Source of the DNA: Selaginella moellendorffii
Taxonomy: Eukaryota; Plantae; Lycopodiophyta
Direction of reading: 5' to 3'
Assembly (NCBI RefSeq): GCF_000143415.4
Contig: NW_003314353.1
Coordinates: 276,140 to 340,139 of the forward strand
DNA length: 64,000 nt
Positions 48,400 through 64,000 of the stretch are shown here, piece by piece (the stretch's first letter is position 1; each line of letters begins with the position of its first letter). The position numbers were made by a program, and so were the translations under genes. Below the pieces are notes generated by a model. It ran no database searches. It saw nothing but the letters and a program-made list of their open reading frames with translations, and was not told the origin of the DNA.

Positions 48400-51300
48400 A
48401 CTTTGTGTAAGAGTAGAAGAAAATATCAAACTTATATATGTATTGATCTCCTTAAAAAAATTTGAAATTTTTGTTGTAGGTCTTTTTCACTTTAAATTCT
48501 ATTGTTCCAACACTCCCCCTTGATCTGACAATCTTTTGAGATTGTAAAAAAAAATTAAATATCAAGTTTTCTAGAAAGGGAACCAAAGTCAGCTATATAA
48601 TGAATTGCTAAATTGCTACTTTTCTCTTTGTAGGAAATCAACTATGATATGGGCTGTTAAAAGGTACTTGAGTTTAATCTCTTTTGCTTTACACATTCCC
48701 AAATTAAATAGAATATTTTATAAAAATAAACTATCATATGGGCTATTGAGAGGTACTTGAATTTAATCTCTTTTGCTTTATACATTCCTAAATGAAGTAA
48801 TAGAATATTTCATAAGAAATCAACTTATATAGGCTGTTGAGAGGTACTTGAGTTTAATCTCTTTTGCTTCACACATTCCCAATAGGATATTTTATAATGC
48901 TTGTTTCTCCCATAGTATACCAGATTTATGATGGACTAGAGATATGCAGTGTTATTATTGTATATGTTCATCAATATTTACATTTTAAATCTAGTATTAG
49001 TCAATAAATATATAGTGCATCCATTATTACTTTTATTACTATATTGTACTTGGCCTTACTTGTACTTGATATATATTGATAATGCTAGAATTAGAGAATT
49101 TAAACACATATCAGTTGTTGATCTAAGGTTATCAAGGTCTCCAACTAGATCAACGTCAACCATTCTATATGAAAGTAGTGTTTTTACTCCAATTTCTCCA
49201 CCTATCATACCTTTAAATTCAAGGTAGAGACTTATCATTGCAAGGTACATCAAAGCATCAACCATGTTCTAATATAGTAACTTCATCACCTCTTTCTCAT
49301 CTGATTTAGGCTTGAAAGTTCTTTCCTTTCATGTCCAATGCTGATCCATAGAGTTTTGGTGCTTTTGTGAAGCTAAGATCTAAAAAAAAGAGAAATGGGA
49401 ACTTTTGCAAATGATTCTTTGGATTTCCATGTTAACAATCCTTTGCAAAGTTGTTGCCACTGCTGCTGCAAGGCCCACACTATCAGAGGCTTGGAGTGGC
49501 TGCCGAAACAAAGAAAAAGTACTTCCATGATCCTCTACTTGAGTGTTCATCTGCCATATTCTTTCACAAGATTGGAGATATATTTTTATTGATGAATCCT
49601 CAAGATCTGGTGTTCCATGTCACAAGAAACTTCTAAACCAATACAAAATGAAATTTTACCCAAATCTGTTATTTTGAGTTGTCTAGTGAGTTACTCCTTT
49701 AGCTATCATAAATTCCATACCTTTTTAACCATGATGAGATCATCAATATAGACATATACAAGTAAAGTTTCTTATCTGCTTCTACACAAGTGAAACCAAT
49801 TGTTAGAAAGAATTTATTTAATACTATATTATTTAATTCTATAAATAAACCATTAAAGTTTGTAAGCATTCTGTGCACTTCGAGCTAAGAAGGTTGATTC
49901 ATATACATTGATTGTTCCAATTTAACGTTTATTCTTAACATCCATCTGTTTAACCTTAAGATCAAAATAATTAACCATTGAAAGCATTAATTATATTAAA
50001 ACCATTTTAACCATTGGTGAAAAGATCTCACTATAATTGATCATGGCTTGCTATATAACCTTTTGCTACTAACCTTGCCTTATATATAGCAGCAAAATTG
50101 ATATTAGTGATGCTCAAGTACATAACTTTATAGGTCTTTTGGACATCATGTAACCTTGCCTTATACCTATTAATCTCATTTGACTCTTGATACTTGAGTT
50201 TTTGTCCTCAAGAATTGTTTTTGACTTGTGCATTATACTTTGCTTCCATTGCTACTTTCTAGTGAAAACATTATGGGCCCAAAAGTGCTTCCTCTAGCAT
50301 TGTTAGTTTATGGATTATTTATGCAACTAATTCCTTAAAATGTTTTTCATTGGTTTTCATAAGTGAGAAGATCATTTAGGAAAGTTCTTATTACTGATAT
50401 ACTTCCAAATATGCCTTATTCCAAGTCATCCTCTACTATTTTTGCACCATCAACATTCTCCACCTTATAATCATTAAAGGAATTACCTTTTAGGGAGTTC
50501 TTATATTGATTCAAATCTAAAATGAGCTTTTTTAGGATTTTGTTGCAATGGTGATGGAACCTCGAGTGATGGTTTGATGGGAAGTGTAGGTGTTGGTTCC
50601 AAGATCAATGTCCTTTGAAGGAGTCTCCTCAATTCTGTCATTATCACATAGAATTGGATTTAAAAAATGCCTTATATATTTCTCATGACTAATTGAGGAT
50701 ATAGAATATGTTACATTTTGCATTCTCATTGGAGCCATCATACCCCTTATTGAATTTATTGTGTCTCTCTTCAACTGAAATATATGTAAAACTTACACAG
50801 CCAAACATGTGTAATACACAAGAGAAGGTTTGGTACTTGTTTAGATTTTTTATGCTGTTTTTTCCAGTATAGCCTTGTTGGAAAAACATTTTAAATGTGA
50901 ATGCTAAATTTATAACAAAAGCCCATAACTAAAGCTCTCTACATAGCTATGTTGACAGCCTTTGCTCAAAAGAACATTGGAATGTTCATGGCTTTGACCA
51001 TTACTCTAGTTGTATTGAGAATGATAAACATTCATCTCTCTTTCATGCCATGATTATATGGTATAAAGATTTAGAGTGATATATCAAATAGTGCAAAATT
51101 TTGCAAATAGAAGTTCCTAGCCTCCATAAATTTTTAAGTTTTCTTATTTCAAGTGAGTTCTCTGACACCTAAATCCACTCAAAATACTTTTGAGGAGTAT
51201 TAGATTTCCGCTTTAAAAAAATAATAATAATGACATAATTAAAATTATCCATGATTAGTAAAAAGTATTGAGCATTGTTTAGCAATTTTACCTGTAACAA

Positions 51301-51700
51301 TTCCCAGATATTGACATGAATCAAATCTAAATCAGGTTTACCTCAACTGGAAGCTTTCTTGGGCAGCAGTTTCTTCTTGCCTATTAACAACTTTTGCATG
51401 CTTTAGAGTTTGTCCCACTTGCCAACTTAGGAGTCTCCTTATAATTGTAGAATTGAGTTATAAGTACTTTGAGAATTGAAATGCCATTTTTAACTCACTT
51501 GAGCAATCTATGCATGATGAAGGATGAAGTCTATAACTGTATAATGAGAAAACATATAGATTCCTTTCTCTACCAGTTTAGAAATTGATAGAAGATGCTT
51601 AGGTAACTTTGGAACATATAAAACATTAGAAACTTCAAGTTGAAAGCAAGGATAAAAAATTGTTCTAAATCAAAGCTTTACTATTTATTGTACAGAAAGC
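48400..51700 (-). mobile_element. Heavily decayed Ty1/Copia retrotransposon
   Basis: On the minus strand: NVLYVPKL..LLSISKL (~51600), LDLIH (~51320), KARLVAKGY (~50070), VYIDDL (~49745), MVDALMYL (49265), and PPT AGGGGGAG+TGTTGG at 48520-48507. IN precedes RT, the Copia order. Confidence 0.8.
48631..48895. repeat. Three imperfect ~90-bp tandem units in the Copia 3' region
   Basis: AGGTACTTGA.TTTAATCTCTTTTGCTT..ACATTCC recurs three times. Confidence 0.85.
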
Positions 51701-52759
51701 ATTTTAAAACTTATCTTTTAGAAGAGTGTTTTATTTTACGTCATGTGCAGCAGAAGCCAGTTCGATTTTGAGATTTGCCCATCTCAACTTGCAGAAACAT
51801 AGAATAAGTTTTGAGAAAAAAAAATACCATTGAAATTGATATCTTCCTTAGTTGTTGAAAGATTCACTAATGATCCATTCACTTACAATCCTTTTGCTTT
51901 GAACAGTCAGCAGTAAAGTGTCAAATCCACAACATTAGTTGCAATGAACACTCTTGTACTTCAAATGTGCCTGATCCCCTGAATTCCATTTGCTCCCGGT
52001 TCTATCTATTGTTCACTCCCTTCCAATCATATGACTGATGAATGTTGGTGATGACTTGATCCAGCTCTGGATGAAGACAATTTGTTTGAAGCTCAATCTT
52101 GGCCTTCTAGTACTTCTTGTTCAAATGAAGGATTGTGAGAGCTCCAGTTGCATCCAAGAACGTAAATTGCATATTCTGCAACTTATTATTATTATTTTAT
52201 CAATGTAGTTTTGCACCTTTTCCTATCAACCTTGTCTATAATTCACCATCTGTCTAAACATACTCTTCTTAGTGGCCCACAATTATTAGTGCTCGGCAAG
52301 CCTTGGTGGCAGTTTGAGAATTCTTGATCTTAAGGGTGTCTTTTGATCAAACTCGCTCTATCAACATCACTCTTGTGCTTCCTTTGGTAAGCTTGATGCT
52401 GCTCAGCCACTTATTCTGGAGGAAGAAAAACTACTTTTCATAATTTAGAACATCTCCTACTGCTTATAAACAACAGAGAAACAATTACTGACCGCCCAAA
52501 CTCATGATCACTTCATGCCAGAAAAAACCTAAAAAGTTTTTCCAAGCCCCATTTCACAAAATAAATTTCGACAAAAGATGCCCCTGTTTCCTTGTCACCT
52601 TGATTCCTGCTGCTCCAACAAGCCAGCCTTCTCGTTCTCCAAGCAGTGCACGAGCAACAATCTGATCTACAGCAATACCAATTGATGATACTACTGTCCT
52701 GTCGGTCAACCCCTCTTCATGCACGTAGTAACATAGAACCCTAGAATCCACGCTAGTGT

Positions 52760-54489
52760 ATGGATCCCAATGTCGTCTATTGTACTTTCGGCGGAGCTCT
52801 AATGCCTAGTCCCCAGGCTGTGGAAGCGCAGGAGCATGTGAGCGCGGTATGGGTAAGACCAGGTTCCACGCTGGGTGAGATGGTAGAGAAAATCAAGCAG
52901 CACTCGCCTTTTCCGGAAGGCACCAGATTCTCGTATGTGGATGAGGGTTACTGGTGTCAAATCCACGGCGAGACGGTGGAGTTGATAGTGCAAGAGGGCG
53001 TCAAGTACTATGTGAGAGTTGTGGTGCCCAGTCGCCAGAGAAACACTGCTCCCGTTTCATCATCAGCAAAGATCTTGTCCTTGGATTGCCTGCACGACAG
53101 CTTCCATTGGCTGAAACATGAGCTGCAGCTGAGCCACATATCGGATGGTGCCTTTGAGAAGTTCATGCACAAGTCTTGCACTAGAGACTTATGCAAGCAG
53201 ATGATGTCAGCTCTGATCCAGATGCAGGCGGCGTCAAGCCATGCCGACAACCAGCTCGGGTCACAGCTATCGTTCCTGTGTCGCTTTGGCATTGCTTTGT
53301 CTTACGAGGGTGCACAGAAACGAGACGAGGGCGTTTGTCCCGGCGTGATCTTGAGGAAGGGCACGTTTGTCTCGGTTTTGACCAGGGATTTGCGGTCGAC
53401 ACCTCTTCGACTGGATGAACAAGAGCATCACTCTTTGAAGGTTGGTGTATACATTTGTCTCATCGATTGGTTCTAACTGGCTCGATGAAGCAGGAGCTAG
53501 GCTTCTTGTTTTGGGTGGCCAAGGTTCTGAACATCAAGGCTGATGTCGACTTGCCGCAGCTGATATCTTTGTCCACAGACAAAGAACAAGCAGCGTACAA
53601 CGTGTGGCTGGTTTCTCGAGTCGCTCAAAGTGCCTCGAATGCAGTGTTGAAGGTAGTCGACGACTATCGGGAGATGGTGATGAAAGTTGGACACAGTGAC
53701 GAGACCAAGAATCAAATCAGGCAGCTCTGTGTTGACGCCGACTTCTGGCATCAAGTCGAAAACGAGGCACAGTTCCTTAAACAGCTAGATGGCTGCCCTC
53801 TGTTCCCGTCGCTCGTTTTCACCGGTTACTGGGAAGACAGGCCCGTGCTTCTTTCAAGTTTAGAAGGTAGACCGCTACTAACAATCCATAATTACCGTCC
53901 GCTACGAGGCTCGACAGTGGATCGGCTGTGCAAAGACCTCACGGAAGCTGTTCTCGTCCTACATGTAAGTACAAGAAGTTGTTTTGTGTCTTCTTTTTCA
54001 TACTTACTTTCTTAGCAGAGCCGTGGTATTCTTCATTGTGACATAAGTACCAGGAATGTGGGGGTGTACAATGAGCCTCGGCAAGATGGCCGCTGCTTCT
54101 ACCTCTACGATTTCGGGGCTGCGGTTCACGTCGGCCCCGATGTTCGAAAGGCAGGAGCAGCGAGGGACTTGGTGTTCAGCGCCTTGAACAGTATGGTAGG
54201 AGAGGCCCAAGGACTGATGACTGAGCTCACTTCAGTTGCTTACGTTTGCCTGTACATGGCAAGCACGGAAGCTTTGCCTTGGGAAGCAGCTGCAGCACAA
54301 GGAGAGTACGCAACTTGCTGTCTGATGCGCACTCCCGACCGGGTCACCATTCCTGAATCCCTTGGCGAGTGCACAAGGGAGTGGCTGTCCTTCGTGATTA
54401 ATTATCCGGATGATGCTGCTGTGCGCCATGACTTTGAGTGGGTCCGTGGAATCGCTGCAAACTTGCTCAATAATGTTGATATAAACTAA
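52760..54489 (+). CDS. Crinkler-like protein: putative ubiquitin-like header + divergent protein kinase; exons 52760-53440, 53494-53964, 54019-54489
   Basis: Phase-0 GT-AG introns (acceptors could shift by 3 nt) join VMKV, ENEAQFLKQL, LH|SRGILHCDISTRNV, LYDFGAA and ELTSVAYV...LPW; the header ends in YVRVVVP. Confidence 0.75.
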
Positions 54490-54836
54490 AATATCTGTGC
54501 TAGGTAAAGTTTGATTAAACAATATAATGAGTCACTTTTCTATAAAAGTGCAATGGCCACTTTTCTACTCTTAACTCTAGACTCACGCTTGTGAGGGTTT
54601 AGAATAGTTTTACCATCGTTTTACCATGTGATTTAACATGGACTGAGGAAGCCCAAGATGTCACAAGCTTGGGGCAGAGTTTCTTTTCTTCTTTACACGC
54701 CATTCTAAACAATGTTTCAGATTGGGAAAGCTCTCCATGATTTTTCTAAACTTGCCAGATTAAGTTTACACAGAAAAAAAGAAAAAAAGCATGTCGCAGA
54801 AGAGTTCAGTTGTCACACGGTTGATCCATCAACTTG

Positions 54837-61477
<6,641 letters not shown>

Positions 61478-61844
61478 TCTCAAATCATGTCGATCGATCG
61501 CGCAAGGCGCTTCTTCATCCCCCTCCCCCTGAAAATCAAAAACCCTATCCCTAGAAAAAAATTGTGCCGACGTGGCGTGATTTGTGGAGCATGTCATAGT
61601 AGCCTTGCACTTTATTTCAGATCCTGGCCGGGCACGTGGCAGAAATCTTGGCCGTTGAGATGGCTTTCCCGCCATACCCTTCAACTTGAAATTTCTGGCC
61701 AGTAAAAGCTTTGAAAGTCAAGCTGATTAGCGATGTGGACGCGAGCATTAATTAAACTTAAACTGATACGCAACTTCACTCTTGACAAAGCCATTAGAAT
61801 ATTTGCATTAGAACATCAACACAATTTTTTTCAAGATGGTACCT

Positions 61845-62930
61845 TTACTTGAGGAAAGTGCATGACATCCAGAGAACTATGTATGATATCAGCGAAGTTG
61901 CCAGTTCTATGTTCCAAGAGCCGGGAAATGGAATCAAAGGAACAAGGAAAGAGCCAAACACCCAGGCGAATAGAAATGCTGCAACTCTGGAAGAAAAAAC
62001 AAAGAGTAAGCTTCCAAGCTTCGGATCCAAAAGATTTAGAAAGCAAAGTTCTTACCCGATTAACGAAGCTTTCCACAAAACTTTGAATCTCTTCTTCAAG
62101 AAATAGATACAAGCACCGAGACTAAGTATCACCTGTCAAAAACAATAGCGTAAACTTAGTCTGCGATGCTCGAAACGAAGAAAGAAACAAAAGCGTGAAA
62201 ATCTCTTTACCTGGAAGCTTGGACCTGTGGCTGCCGCCTCCAAAACGCTCCAGACTCCCAAAACGAAGAAAGCAAACGCTCTTGCGGCTATGACGACCGT
62301 GGGTGGCGTATCAAACCGGTCCGTCAGCTTCTGGAGCCACACTGGAGGAGGTTTGAGGACTTTGGGCTTTCTCCGGTACCTCTTCAAGCTCTCCGAGATG
62401 ACTTTGTCGTAGGCCGACTCGATCGAGGCCTTGCTCTTGGGATGAGCGCCGTAAAGCTTGAGCAAGTAGTTTCGAGCTGCTCGGACCTCCTCCTCGGATG
62501 CCTCGTTGCTGATTCCCAGCCGCTTGTACGGGTCTCTCACGTCAACTCTGGGGAAAATCGGTGTAGAGCCTGGAGTAAATCAGTTCCGTAGCGAAGAACA
62601 CGGGAAAAATTCTCAAAAAGTCACGCGAACTCAAGCAGCATAACGAAAAAGAAAAATATTTATAACTTAAAAGTGCAAGGAAAAGAAATCGAGCAAGAAG
62701 ACATGACCAGGATTTGCAGGATTACCTGAGGTTTCTCCAGCACCGAACATTGCACAGCAAATTGTTCTTCGAAAGTTTTCACTCCGCTTATAGAACACAT
62801 CCCTGCAAGACTCCAATCAGCATGTTTTCTGAATCAAAGCGGCCCACCTTTTCGTAGAAGACCCATGTAGCAAAAAAACTCTGTGCTGCTGAGACGCGAC
62901 CGGCGGCGGCACCCACACAGCAGCCGCCAT
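61845..62930 (-). CDS. Chaperone-like protein of POR1 (CPP1/DUF3353 J-like) family member, multi-exon
   Basis: RDPYKRLGISNEASEEEVRAARNYL...IESAYDKVI; TM C-terminus ending WMSCTFLK. Confidence 0.85.
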
Positions 62931-63029
62931 GGGTAGAAAAAACTCAAGAGCACGAATCGGTCAGGCGCATATTCCGACAATTTTAACCTGGAAGCTTAGG
63001 ATATTCCGCTAGGAAAAACCTCTTCTCCT

Positions 63030-63935
63030 CTACTTGATCTTGAAAGTGGTGACCCGGATTATATCGTCGTCGGTCTCGAGCTTCCTTTGGAGTTCTTTCA
63101 CGCTGCCTGGTTTCGTTGCGAAGGTAAACATGTAGAAGATGCCATCGACGTACGTGTTCTTCTCGCCCCGGGTGTTCTTCTTGAGGATCCCGTAAGCTAG
63201 CGGCATGATTCCCCTGTTGAAGATCTCCACGTCCATTCCACCACCAGCGATGATCATCTGTGTGACAATGCGTAATGAGAAGAAACGAGTAGAAAAATTC
63301 GCAAGAGAACAAGCATCAAGAGAAGCTAGAACGTTGAGAGAAAGGTAAGAAAATCTCACAGAACAAGTAACAAACGTGAGTGAAAGCCATTCGTGATCAT
63401 TCAAGCAAGCAAGAGAGGCAAAAGCTCGAAAGGAATTCAAGAAAAAAGTATCGATACTGGAAGAACTAGAACCCAAAGAAAATAATTTTTTTTGGCTTAC
63501 CTCTTCGTATCGTTGCGAGAGTGCCAATCTTTGCTCCTCGGTGATGTCCGGCCGAAGAACAGCCATGGTCTCGTAGCGAGTGAAGCCTTTGGGATACACA
63601 ACTCGGGGTTTCACCGCCTCTGCCTCGTCGCCTTTGTCACCGGATTCGCCATCGTTCTTCCCGGAATCCGGCGATTCGCTTGGCGCTTCCGTTACCTCAG
63701 CCGCGGATTCACCCGCCGTGGCCACGGACGATTCATCCTCCGCCATGGCCAAAAGCCTAGAGCTCAATCGCGGCTGGATTCCTCGCCCAGAAGACCTGCA
63801 TTTCTGGATTTCCAGGCTCAAACCTTTGCATCGGATCGAGCAGCCGCGCTGCGCCGATGCCGGAGCTGGAGCTGGGGCGGCACTGCCGATGGAGATCGTG
63901 GAGCGCCCGAGCGAAGTCGCGAAGGCCATAGCCAT
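63030..63935 (-). CDS. RPS6: Plastid 30S ribosomal protein S6; exons 63935-63501 and 63257-63030
   Basis: Transit peptide; YETMAVLRPD..EEQRLAL..RYEE|MIIAGGG.DVEIFNRG..PLAY; DDDIIR. Confidence 0.93.
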   Translation of the reverse strand: MAMAFATSLGRSTISIGSAAPAPAPASAQRGCSIRCKGLSLEIQKCRSSGRGIQPRLSSRLLAMAEDESSVATAGESAAEVTEAPSESPDSGKNDGESGDKGDEAEAVKPRVVYPKGFTRYETMAVLRPDITEEQRLALSQRYEEVSQKKLFSLGSSSSSIDTFFLNSFRAFASLACLNDHEWLSLTFVTCSVRFSYLSLNVLASLDACSLANFSTRFFSLRIVTQMIIAGGGMDVEIFNRGIMPLAYGILKKNTRGEKNTYVDGIFYMFTFATKPGSVKELQRKLETDDDIIRVTTFKIK

Positions 63936-64000
63936 CGATAGAACCCTAAAATCCCTCCTCTTTAAGCGCGGGAAATTACAGATAGCGCTTAGGGTATAGT

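Noticed and set aside
63258-63500. 81-aa insertion in the RPS6 ORF
   Set aside because: A GT-AG intron that happens to be in frame and stop-free; removing it restores the conserved S6.

Overview
Eukaryotic plant genomic DNA with ~50-70 nt introns, very short intergenic gaps, a PLS-type PPR gene and a cilium/centrosome-type gene. I infer a lycophyte such as Selaginella; this is not verified. Gene-dense GC-rich blocks carry ACOT9-like thioesterase, a glycine/RGG-rich protein, PABN, a TPM-domain protein, HSBP, GH5 mannanase, PPR, a porin-like plastid protein, LRRC45-like, myosin XI, CPP1-like and plastid RPS6. Two AT-rich transposon islands interrupt them: about 13.8-28 kb (decayed chromovirus Ty3/Gypsy with a nested TRIM and a nested satellite-bearing solo-LTR-like insert, plus a secreted B-lectin chimera) and about 46.2-52.5 kb (Ty1/Copia relic). 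The best candidate for an undescribed system is an intronless head-to-head pair 75 bp apart: a minimal FCP1/SCP-type HAD phosphatase and a fungal-type DUF3669 kinase-like protein, possibly a toxin/antidote or writer/eraser module. Also notable: a Crinkler-like header+kinase gene, a cyanobacterial SomA-like porin homologue and a U12 AT-AC intron. Family calls come from motif recognition by eye, not database searches.
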